A DNA stretch of 49,852 nt from Candidatus Micrarchaeota archaeon. GTDB lineage: Archaea; Micrarchaeota; Micrarchaeia; Anstonellales; Bilamarchaeaceae. A program made the translations under genes and the position numbers. The notes below the pieces were generated by a model that was not told the origin of the DNA, ran no database searches, and saw only the letters and a list, made by a program, of their open reading frames with translations. Below, piece by piece: positions 17,913-26,146 of the stretch (position 1 is the stretch's first letter; every line of letters starts with the position of its first letter). The stretch spans positions 1-49,852 of the forward strand of contig JACCLJ010000053.1 in the NCBI GenBank assembly GCA_013425425.1, in the 5' to 3' direction.

Positions 17913-19469
17913 ATGAGCGGAAAACACGTTGAAAAGCAGGAGGCAGTCATAGCACGCCCAATCCGTGTCATAGGCGACTGGTCAAAAGCGCATCTGTCCT
18001 CAATCGAGCTTCCAGACTACAAGATGAAGCTCATCGAAGCGGTTACCCGCTCGAGAAGGAAAGACGAAGCGATCGGAATTCTCAAGGGCATGCATCCCGG
18101 AGCGAGGGAGCTGAAGCTGAGGACCGAAATAGCAAAATTATATGGCGAGGACAACTGGGAGCAGGATGTTGAAAGATATACGAAAGCAATGGGCGAACTG
18201 CGCTGGGAATACGGATTGAGGAGCCCGGACTCCGACGAAAAGCTCGAAGCGGTGCGGAATGAAGACAATTTAAGCGAAGCGCAGAAAATTGCACTTGCAA
18301 ACAGGTTCAAAATGGGAATAAGCAATCTTGAGATTGCAGCTTCAATCCAGCTCAAGCTCAGGAAAACGGACGGGAAAAAACTTTCGCTTAAAATGTTTGA
18401 TGAAAATGAGAGGAAAATACTCAATGTTCTTCTGCCAGGCAAATCGCCTCTGGAAGAGAAAGCTTCTAGTGAGGAACTGGAGAGGCTGAAAAAAGAACTC
18501 ATCGAGAAATTTTATGTGAAAATCGAAAATAGGAGCGGCATATACCTGGAAAGAAAAGTCATCTACCCTGCTGCGCTTGCGCTCTATAACAGCGGAGAAT
18601 GCGGAATCGAAACATTGCGCCAGGCGGTGAGGGAAAAGAAAGAGGCGGAAATCCTGCTTGAATTCATGGGGAGGGAACCGCAGCACAAGGTTGAATTCGT
18701 TGAAAGAGGCCTTACGCGCAGGAAAAATGACGTGAACGAAGATGCGCTAAACCGCGTGAACGAGGACGCGCTGCTGTCGGCGGATATTCATGTAAACGGA
18801 AAAATAAAACGGCTGGATGCTGTTTTCGACGGGGTCGGAAGCTCTAACAAGGCATCTTCGGCAAGCAGCATGGCGGTAGAAGTCTTCAAGCTTGGCCTGC
18901 TCCTGAAGCCGCCGAAATCGACGGCTGACCTGGAACTGCTGATGGGCATGGCCGACCTCGCGATTTTCACATGCAGGGCCGCGAACGTCGGGCTGGACGC
19001 ATCAGCAACAACCGCCGCAGTATTCCTATTGGACGGAAAGAATGCAGCCGCAAGCCATGCGGGAGACAGCGGGTGGAAGGTTTTCAGGAAAAATAAGGCC
19101 ATATACTCCAGCATAGACCATTCGGTGGCTGCAGAGCTTGAAAAAGACGGACATCCGAGCGAAGGCCCGCGGTCCAGCGTGATAACCTCGGCGCTAGGGA
19201 CGAGCTTCAACCACCTCGATTCGTGCATCCTCGATTTGAAAAAAGGGGACGTATACGTGCTCTACACTGATGGGGTAGGCGATACCGTAAAAAACGAGGA
19301 AATGGGGAAGATATTTTCCGAAGAGGACGATGTTGCTCTTTCGGAAACGAGGATTTTCACACTGGCGCGTTCGAGGAACGAAAATGATAAAAAGTATCCT
19401 TCGCTCACCGGCGGCATTGTTTACGGAAAATGCGACGACGATACTGTTATTGCCGGCAGGGTAGAATAA
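17913..19469 (+). CDS. PP2C/PPM-family protein phosphatase with long N-terminal helical domain
   Basis: RVNEDA, AVFDGVG, ATTA, HAGDSG, DHS, ITSALG, LYTDGVGD, DDDTVI. Confidence 0.85.
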   Translation: MSGKHVEKQEAVIARPIRVIGDWSKAHLSSIELPDYKMKLIEAVTRSRRKDEAIGILKGMHPGARELKLRTEIAKLYGEDNWEQDVERYTKAMGELRWEYGLRSPDSDEKLEAVRNEDNLSEAQKIALANRFKMGISNLEIAASIQLKLRKTDGKKLSLKMFDENERKILNVLLPGKSPLEEKASSEELERLKKELIEKFYVKIENRSGIYLERKVIYPAALALYNSGECGIETLRQAVREKKEAEILLEFMGREPQHKVEFVERGLTRRKNDVNEDALNRVNEDALLSADIHVNGKIKRLDAVFDGVGSSNKASSASSMAVEVFKLGLLLKPPKSTADLELLMGMADLAIFTCRAANVGLDASATTAAVFLLDGKNAAASHAGDSGWKVFRKNKAIYSSIDHSVAAELEKDGHPSEGPRSSVITSALGTSFNHLDSCILDLKKGDVYVLYTDGVGDTVKNEEMGKIFSEEDDVALSETRIFTLARSRNENDKKYPSLTGGIVYGKCDDDTVIAGRVE

Positions 19470-19489
19470 TAAAAGAAAAAAATATAAAA

Positions 19490-20161
19490 CTACGAACTGT
19501 TAGACTGTGCGCTGGGCGTCTGCGTATCCAGGCCCTCTGTGCCGAACGGCTCTTCCGTTTCTATCTGGAACAAGCCGGCAAGCTGCTCCTCAGTTATGTT
19601 CGTTCCGCCAGCCCCGCCGCCGGTTTCGTTATCCCCGGAAGTCCCGTTTTCAGGAATAATCAGCCCCGTGCATCTCCAGTTTATTTCCGCAGTTCTGGTC
19701 AGCTCGTCAACAACGCATGCTGGAGAGCATCCCTGCCGCACTATGTCGGTTTCGAACCACCATGTGTGCGTATTCTCGTTGTACATGTACTCGTCCGTGA
19801 TGCCTCCCTCCCCCATGCAAGCACTGCCAAGCGCTATCGCGCGCGCCTCGTCAAGCGTGATGCTGCCTTCGACACATGGCTCCTCCCATGTCCTGAGGCA
19901 TTTCTGCTTTACCTCGCACCAGCTATACCCTGCAGACCCTATGCAGCCATGCTCGTCCCTGTCCCCGCCAAGCGGCGTGGCTTCGGTGCAGTTCTCCTCC
20001 CACGAGCGGATGCATTTCTGCTTCGCTTCGCACCAGGAGTATCCCGCAGACGGGATGCATCCATGCCCATCGCGGTCGCTTCCCGGCGGCCCCTGCTGCG
20101 CGCATCCGAAGAAAAGGAACAAACCGCCAACCAACAACAATAGTATTATCCTTGTTTTCAT
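19490..20161 (-). CDS. Cys-rich lipoprotein with two GxDRDxHGC repeats
   Basis: MKTRIILLLLVGGLFLFFGC signal; two 32-aa repeats; CSPACVV...EINWRCTG domain; GGAGG RBS. Confidence 0.8.
   Translation of the reverse strand: MKTRIILLLLVGGLFLFFGCAQQGPPGSDRDGHGCIPSAGYSWCEAKQKCIRSWEENCTEATPLGGDRDEHGCIGSAGYSWCEVKQKCLRTWEEPCVEGSITLDEARAIALGSACMGEGGITDEYMYNENTHTWWFETDIVRQGCSPACVVDELTRTAEINWRCTGLIIPENGTSGDNETGGGAGGTNITEEQLAGLFQIETEEPFGTEGLDTQTPSAQSNSS
19874..20083 (-). repeat. Tandem intragenic repeat, 2 x 32 aa
   Basis: GSDRDGHGCIPSAGYSWCEAKQKCIRSWEENC / GGDRDEHGCIGSAGYSWCEVKQKCLRTWEEPC. Confidence 0.9.
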
Positions 20162-21075
20162 TCGAACATCCCCTCCAGTATCAATGCCCTTATGGAATTG
20201 AAATCGTTCGCAATCACCAGCCCGTCGGTCCAGCACCCGAGGTTCTGCCTGCTGTACTCCGCGTTGTTTTCCACGCCAGCGGAATATTCGCATTCCTCGA
20301 GCAGGTCGTCTATGTCCTCTTCAAGCTCATCGCCTCTTTCGAGGATTTCCTCCCTGTTGCCGTTGTTGCCCTCTTCGATTATCGGCCTTGCATAATCTAT
20401 GACCGCCTTCATCTGCTCAGCCCTGAAGAGCAGCATGAGCCTGGAATGCCTGAGGTGCAGTTTTTCGATCTCCTTTGTATCATGCGTATCATACACGGCA
20501 TCCGCATCGTCTACAAGCTCTTCGCCATATTCGATGTTCTGTTCCATCCCGGACGTATCCGCGCCAAGGTCCTGCAGGTCTTCTATCTCCTCATTGCCCT
20601 TTTCAAGTTCATTATTCACATACTCCTTTGCGGCGACCTTCTCCTTGTCAAGCGCTGCGGCTACGCATTCGTCCCGCATACTCTTGAGCGGCTCGTCATT
20701 TTCGTCGACGCAAGCGAAGAAGCCGAGAGTCTTGTTCCTGAACGCGTCGCCCACTATTGCGCCTATCAGCGCCAGGGAATCGAGCCCGAGCTTAAAAGAA
20801 GCGGCACCGAATTCAGGCTCGTCCGCATCGTCCGCGGCCTCCCTGAGGTCTGCCAGGTCTCCATCAAGCGTATCCACGTAATCTGAAGAATCGAACACAG
20901 TTACGTTCTCCTCAATCCCGCACTCCTCCCGCATGGAGAGGAATTCCTTCCCGAAATCCACGTTGCATGCCGCAAGGTCGTACCGTGCATCGAGCATGGC
21001 AGGCGTTGCCTGATTATACCATGCGGAAGCCAGGCCGGACAAGGCGACAAGAACAAAGGCCAAAACCCATTTCAT
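20158..21075 (-). CDS. Secreted acidic alpha-helical protein of unknown function
   Basis: Signal peptide MKWVLAFVLVALSGLASA; D/E-rich; ATGA overlap with downstream lipoprotein. Confidence 0.75.
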   Translation of the reverse strand: MKWVLAFVLVALSGLASAWYNQATPAMLDARYDLAACNVDFGKEFLSMREECGIEENVTVFDSSDYVDTLDGDLADLREAADDADEPEFGAASFKLGLDSLALIGAIVGDAFRNKTLGFFACVDENDEPLKSMRDECVAAALDKEKVAAKEYVNNELEKGNEEIEDLQDLGADTSGMEQNIEYGEELVDDADAVYDTHDTKEIEKLHLRHSRLMLLFRAEQMKAVIDYARPIIEEGNNGNREEILERGDELEEDIDDLLEECEYSAGVENNAEYSRQNLGCWTDGLVIANDFNSIRALILEGMFE

Positions 21076-21176
21076 AGAATCACTTTCTCCCAGCAAGCTG
21101 TTATCCCTAACATTACCCAACCTTTAAAAATATTATTATTCACAATAATTCCACTTGTTCTCCCAATGTGATAACT

Positions 21177-21809
21177 ATGAATAATGAAACAGGTGCTATG
21201 GAAGCCAGGAAAACAGGAACCACTACGGTGGGCCTTGTTTTTAAGAGCGGAGTCGTTCTTGCCTCGGACAGAAGGGCCACTATGGGCTATTACATAGCAA
21301 GCAAGGACATAGACAAGGTTTATCAGATAGCGGACAACATAGCGATGACCATAGCCGGCAGCGTCGGCGATGCGCAGACGCTCATACGATGGATGAAGGC
21401 CGAGCTGAAGCTTTACCAGCTCAAGCATGACAAGAAGCCGAGCGTGGAGGCTGCGGCAACCCTGCTTGCGACGATACTTTCGCAGTACAAATTCTACCCG
21501 TTTTACGTCCAGCTCCTTGTGGGCGGGATTGACGCCAAGCCGAGGCTTTTCAGCGTCGACATGCTCGGCGGCATCACCGAGGAGAAGATAACCTCGACGG
21601 GCAGCGGCTCGCCGATAGCCATAGGCATCCTTGAAGAGTTTTACAAGGAGGGCGCATCCGAGGAGGAGTGCCTTATCATCGCAGCGAAATCGGTCAGTGC
21701 GGCCATCAAGAGGGATGCCGGAAGCGGCGAAGCGGTAGATCTGGTAGTGGTTGATGATAAAGGCTTCAGAAGGCTCCACAAAGAAGACGTCAAGAAACTG
21801 CTCAAATAG
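21177..21809 (+). CDS. psmB: 20S proteasome beta subunit
   Basis: Propeptide then KTG/TTTVG, ASDRRAT, TIAGSVGDAQ, TGSGS, RDAGSG. Confidence 0.96.
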   Translation: MNNETGAMEARKTGTTTVGLVFKSGVVLASDRRATMGYYIASKDIDKVYQIADNIAMTIAGSVGDAQTLIRWMKAELKLYQLKHDKKPSVEAAATLLATILSQYKFYPFYVQLLVGGIDAKPRLFSVDMLGGITEEKITSTGSGSPIAIGILEEFYKEGASEEECLIIAAKSVSAAIKRDAGSGEAVDLVVVDDKGFRRLHKEDVKKLLK

Positions 21810-21888
21810 CCATTTACAGGTTTATTTTTGTTTTTTGCGGATATTTTTTTGGCATACGTTTTTCGAAGACTAATAAAAAGGTGTTTTT

Positions 21889-23784
21889 TTGCACTATAAA
21901 GAGATAATAAAGAAAGTAAGCGAGATGATGCCCAAGGAATGCGAGGTGACCAAGATTGAGCCGGAAGGGCTTTCCATGGTCATATACCTCAAGAACATAG
22001 AGGCATTCTACAAGAGCGACACGCTCATCAAGGAGCTTGCGACGGCGATAAAGAAGAAGGTTACGATACGGACAGACCCGGCAGCGCTTGCTCCGGTGGA
22101 TAAGGCGAAGAAGCTAATAGAGTCGCTCATACCGGCCGAAGCGGGGGTGAAGGGCATATCATTCGTCCCGGAAATGTCAGAGGTCCATATCGAGGCAATG
22201 AAGTCCGGCCTCGTGATCGGGAAGGGCGGTTCGCTGCTCAAGGAAATCATGCTGAAAACGGGCTGGTCGCCGATGGTCATAAGGGCGCCGACCATGCCCT
22301 CCGTTACCCTGGACGGAGTCAGGAAGATAACCGTGGTCGAGGCCGCGGAGAGGAAGAAATTCCTCATAGAAATCGGAAAGAAGATATGCCAGCCAAACCC
22401 AACAAGCGACTGGATACGGGTGGTGGGCCTCGGGGGTTTCAAGGAAGTGGGCCGTTCCTGCCTTCTCGTCCAGACGCAGAACAGCAAGGTGCTTATCGAC
22501 GTTGGCGTTAACGCATCTACAAGCGATACCGCAAGGGCGTATCCATACCTCAACATGCTCGGATTTTCCATGGGCGAACTCGACGCGGTCGTGATAAGCC
22601 ACGGCCACATGGACCACATGGGCTTCCTTCCGTATCTGTTTGCATACGGATACGAAGGCCCGGTCTACTGCACGCCGCCCACAAGGGAACTCATGGTCCT
22701 TCTCCAGCAGGATTACATAAACCTGTGCAAGAAGTCGCTCAACATCGAGCCTTTGTATTCGAAAAAGGACATACACAACGAGCTGAAGCACATAATACCC
22801 GTCGATTACGGAGAGGTGGTCGACATAACCCCGGAAATAAAGATGACGCTTTACAACGCGGGGCACATCCTGGGGAGCTCTTCGGTCCATCTCCATATAG
22901 GGGAAGGGGCGCACAATCTCGTTTACAGCGGCGACCTCAAATTCGGATTTACGCGGCTTTTCGATCCCGCCAACATACGATTCCCGAGGCTCGAGACGCT
23001 GCTCATAGAAAGCACATACGGAGGCAGGAACGACATCTCGCTCAACCGCTACGACAGCGAGATGAGGCTCACGAACATAATCGAGGAGACAATCGCGAAA
23101 AGGGGCAAGGTGCTCATACCCGTTTTCGCGGTGGGAAGGAGCCAGGAAATACTCCTGGTTCTGGAAGAATACGTGAGGAAACATCCCGAGTTCCAGATTC
23201 CGATATACATAGACGGCATGGTTCTGGAGGCATCCGCAATCCACACCGCATATCCGGAATACCTGCGCGAGCAGCTCCAGAGAAGGATACTGTCCGACAG
23301 GAGCCCGTTCGAAAACCCGCTCATACGGATTGCAAAGGGAACCGACAAGGAGACGATAGTGGGAGGCGAGCCGGCGATAATCCTTGCGCCTTCCGGTATG
23401 CTTGCCGGCGGGCCGTCTGCCGAATATCTGAGGATGATGGCTGACGACGAGAAGAACTCGCTCATATTCGTAGGCTACCAAAGCTCGCTGTCGCTGGGCC
23501 ACAAGATACAGAACGGGATGAAGGAGGTCCCGACGATAGGGGACGACGGAAAAACAAAGCTGCTCAAGATAAACATGAGGGTCGAGACCGCCGAAGGGTT
23601 TTCGGGCCACAGCGACAGGGCGCAGCTTATGGCATATCTCAAGAACCTCCGGCCGACTCCGGAGCGCGTCATCACCATGCACGGCGACCTGAACAAAACC
23701 GAGGATTTCGCCCGGTCCGCGGGCATGCTTCTGAGGAAGGAATCCAGGGCCATGGGAGACCTTGAGGCCTATCGGCTGAGATGA
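21889..23784 (+). CDS. fttA: aCPSF1/FttA beta-CASP ribonuclease with KH domains (transcription termination factor)
   Basis: KH GLVIGKGG, LGGFKEVGRS, SHGHMDH, AGHILGS, ESTYG, GFSGHSD; TTG start with AGGTG RBS; next to psmB. Confidence 0.94.
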   Translation: MHYKEIIKKVSEMMPKECEVTKIEPEGLSMVIYLKNIEAFYKSDTLIKELATAIKKKVTIRTDPAALAPVDKAKKLIESLIPAEAGVKGISFVPEMSEVHIEAMKSGLVIGKGGSLLKEIMLKTGWSPMVIRAPTMPSVTLDGVRKITVVEAAERKKFLIEIGKKICQPNPTSDWIRVVGLGGFKEVGRSCLLVQTQNSKVLIDVGVNASTSDTARAYPYLNMLGFSMGELDAVVISHGHMDHMGFLPYLFAYGYEGPVYCTPPTRELMVLLQQDYINLCKKSLNIEPLYSKKDIHNELKHIIPVDYGEVVDITPEIKMTLYNAGHILGSSSVHLHIGEGAHNLVYSGDLKFGFTRLFDPANIRFPRLETLLIESTYGGRNDISLNRYDSEMRLTNIIEETIAKRGKVLIPVFAVGRSQEILLVLEEYVRKHPEFQIPIYIDGMVLEASAIHTAYPEYLREQLQRRILSDRSPFENPLIRIAKGTDKETIVGGEPAIILAPSGMLAGGPSAEYLRMMADDEKNSLIFVGYQSSLSLGHKIQNGMKEVPTIGDDGKTKLLKINMRVETAEGFSGHSDRAQLMAYLKNLRPTPERVITMHGDLNKTEDFARSAGMLLRKESRAMGDLEAYRLR

Positions 23785-23788
23785 TAAC

Positions 23789-24049
23789 ATGCAGAAAGTC
23801 TTTCTCAGGATAAAGCCGTGCAGGATGATGGTTCTTCTAAAAGAATCCGGCTCGAAGTACATATCCGAATTGGCGAAGGAAAGCGGAGCGACTTACGTCC
23901 ATGCGACGAAGCTCATAAGGCACCTTGAGAAGGAAGGAATCGTGACGATAGAGCAGAACGGAAAGAAGAGGATGGTAAAACTCACCGAAAAAGGAATGAA
24001 GATTGCAACCGCGCTTTCGGAGGCAACGAACTCATTTACCGCTGTTTGA
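23789..24049 (+). CDS. Winged helix-turn-helix DNA-binding protein (MarR/ArsR-like)
   Basis: YISELAKESGATYVHATKLIRHLEKEGIV...GKKRMVKLTEKG. Confidence 0.82.
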   Translation: MQKVFLRIKPCRMMVLLKESGSKYISELAKESGATYVHATKLIRHLEKEGIVTIEQNGKKRMVKLTEKGMKIATALSEATNSFTAV

Positions 24050-24158
24050 TGAAATGTAAATTTCATCAATGTCAAGGTCGACGAATCGACCTTGAGCATG
24101 TTCATGAATGATGCGTCGTTCATGACATCGTGAACGATTCGTCGTTCACGGCTTGACA
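24046..24158. repeat. Cluster of four tandem stem-loops between convergent genes
   Basis: Stems 24046-55/24060-69, 24072-81/24086-95, 24102-11/24116-25, 24129-37/24142-50, each with a 4-nt loop. Confidence 0.85.
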
Positions 24159-24159
24159 A

Positions 24160-24603
24160 TCAGACTATCCTCAGGCTCGTTTTCGTCTTCATGTAATTCA
24201 GTACCTTTTCGTATCCTATATAATGCGCGTAGGCATTCACCGCGATACCGTGCACTCCTGGTCTTGTCTGGGTGCTTGCCCATATCGGGATTGCGGCACG
24301 CGCCGTTTCCCCGGGCCTTACCTCCCCCAGCCTCTTTTCCATCGCCTTGTTTATGCAGGTCGGCTCGAATCCTATAAGGGCTTCCTTCGGAAGAAGGACG
24401 TCAACCGACACCAGCTGCGGGTCTTTTGTCAGGTTCGTCAGCTTTACGACGAGATTAACCGAATTCTTCTGATTGGCGCTCAGCCTGAGCGGCGTGAAAG
24501 ACATGCTTATATTGAACGGTTTCGCGAGTATCCTTCCACCGGTTATCTCCCGTTTTCCTTCCTCAGCCTTCTTCTCTCCTGTTAACCAGTCCATAAGTCC
24601 CAT
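24160..24603 (-). CDS. Hypothetical protein, probable Ig-like beta-sandwich
   Basis: GGTG RBS before MGLMDWL; beta-strand pattern, LGEVRPGET turn. Confidence 0.7.
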   Translation of the reverse strand: MGLMDWLTGEKKAEEGKREITGGRILAKPFNISMSFTPLRLSANQKNSVNLVVKLTNLTKDPQLVSVDVLLPKEALIGFEPTCINKAMEKRLGEVRPGETARAAIPIWASTQTRPGVHGIAVNAYAHYIGYEKVLNYMKTKTSLRIV

Positions 24604-24712
24604 AAACACCACATGGCCTTTTGGCCGCTCATCGTTTGCGTTTACCCTTATATTTAGCAGGGTATTTAAAAATGTTTTTCAATTAACCTATTTCTTATCG
24701 AGAGGTGTTAGA

Positions 24713-26140
24713 ATGGACGTTAAAGAAAAATTGCTTATTACGGCATTTATCGCACTTGTGGCAGTAGCGGTTTACCTAGCTTTCATCGCCCCGCAGCCCC
24801 CGCCTCCACCGGACAGTGGCCCCGCAGAGGGGCTTCTGGCAAAGGCAGTGGAAGTTGGAAAAGGGCAGAACGAATATTTCTTTTCATTCAGGGAAACGAG
24901 CGACGGCTATTCCGCCGAATATGATCTGCTCGCGAAAAACGGGCAGAAGATGATGGAGGTACGCAACCCGCTCGCGACAAAACAGCTCTATTTCCTCAGC
25001 AACGACATCGTGCTATGCGCGCAATTCATGAACGTCCAGGGCTGCTCATCCGTGATAAACAACACCGATGCTGCATTCCAAAACTACCTGCTCTCCCTCC
25101 AGTCGCGTTTCTTTGACAACACGAGCATGGACACGGAGAAGGAGGATATGGACTATTTCATCCAGCACGGCTATCTCACCATCTCACCGGAGATTGCGGA
25201 TAAGAGCGTGAACGGCCATGCATGCAGCGAGATAAGCTATGCCATGGATTTCACGAACATGACCTCCGGGGAGCTCTACCGCTTCGGCATCTCGCCCGAT
25301 TCGCCCCAGCGTTTCGACTGGAAACTCTGCATTGACAATTCAACCGGCCTCGTCTATTCGAAGCATTTCAGCTATTCCTACCAGGGCAAGGAACACCAGT
25401 GGGAGTTCATTCTCCTCGGTGCTGACTGGAACCCGGCGCAGCAGATTGCCCCGCCGGAAAACCTTACCGAAGGCCTCGCATACGAGATATTGGTAGAAGA
25501 GATGGAATGGCAGGCGGAGCTCAGGAGCTGCTACGATGAGACCGGAGATACGCGGGACAAATGCTTCTCCGACCTTGCGCTCGAGCTCAAGATGAGGAGC
25601 ATCTGCGAACTTGCAGGCGCGAAGAGGGACCAGTGCATCGTCAGGCTTGTGCCCATGCTGCTGGACGACAGCCTCTGCACGCTGATCAACAATGCCACAT
25701 TCAAGGACGACTGCTACGTGGAGCTTGCAGGCGGCAATAAGGAAAGCAGCTACTGCTCCATGATTGCAGATGCAACCAAAAGGGAATTCTGCATGAACAT
25801 ATCCGTGCCGACGAACCAGACCGGCATCCCCAACCCCGCGGCGGTCAATTGCGAAAACAAAGGATACGCATATGAGATACGCTCGAATGAAGCAGGAGAA
25901 TACGGCGTCTGCAGCTACGGCGGCAGGGAATGCGAGGAATGGGCATTATATCGCGGCGAGTGCTGCCTCCTGGCTGAAGACTGCTCCGGCGGTGTCTGCA
26001 CGAATGGCATCTGCATCGTGCCCGAAACAGGCAATGCAACCGGCGGGAACAGCACGGATCCCGGCCAATTCATGCAGTACATAGACCCCTTCGGAGAGGA
26101 CAACGAGACCGGCAATACGACGAATTCGAGCGGCGGGTAG
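24713..26140 (+). CDS. Exported Cys-rich protein with DxC helical repeats and DUF333-like domain
   Basis: GAGGTG RBS, N-terminal TM, repeats RDKC/RDQC/KDDC, NPAAVNCENKG...GVC...CEEWALYRGEC; true start 24713, not 24473. Confidence 0.8.
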   Translation: MDVKEKLLITAFIALVAVAVYLAFIAPQPPPPPDSGPAEGLLAKAVEVGKGQNEYFFSFRETSDGYSAEYDLLAKNGQKMMEVRNPLATKQLYFLSNDIVLCAQFMNVQGCSSVINNTDAAFQNYLLSLQSRFFDNTSMDTEKEDMDYFIQHGYLTISPEIADKSVNGHACSEISYAMDFTNMTSGELYRFGISPDSPQRFDWKLCIDNSTGLVYSKHFSYSYQGKEHQWEFILLGADWNPAQQIAPPENLTEGLAYEILVEEMEWQAELRSCYDETGDTRDKCFSDLALELKMRSICELAGAKRDQCIVRLVPMLLDDSLCTLINNATFKDDCYVELAGGNKESSYCSMIADATKREFCMNISVPTNQTGIPNPAAVNCENKGYAYEIRSNEAGEYGVCSYGGRECEEWALYRGECCLLAEDCSGGVCTNGICIVPETGNATGGNSTDPGQFMQYIDPFGEDNETGNTTNSSGG

Positions 26141-26146
26141 GAGTTT

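Noticed and set aside
21177..23784. psmB-aCPSF1 adjacency as a novel system
   Set aside because: Known conserved archaeal gene order
22177..23862. 561-aa antisense ORF over fttA, and similar long shadow ORFs (4864-5997, 13276-14286, 34322-35416, 40818-41738, 46128-47192)
   Set aside because: They lie opposite well-supported genes, show no motifs, and are expected from codon bias
24046..24158. CRISPR mini-array interpretation of the hairpin cluster
   Set aside because: No identical repeats separated by spacers and no cas genes
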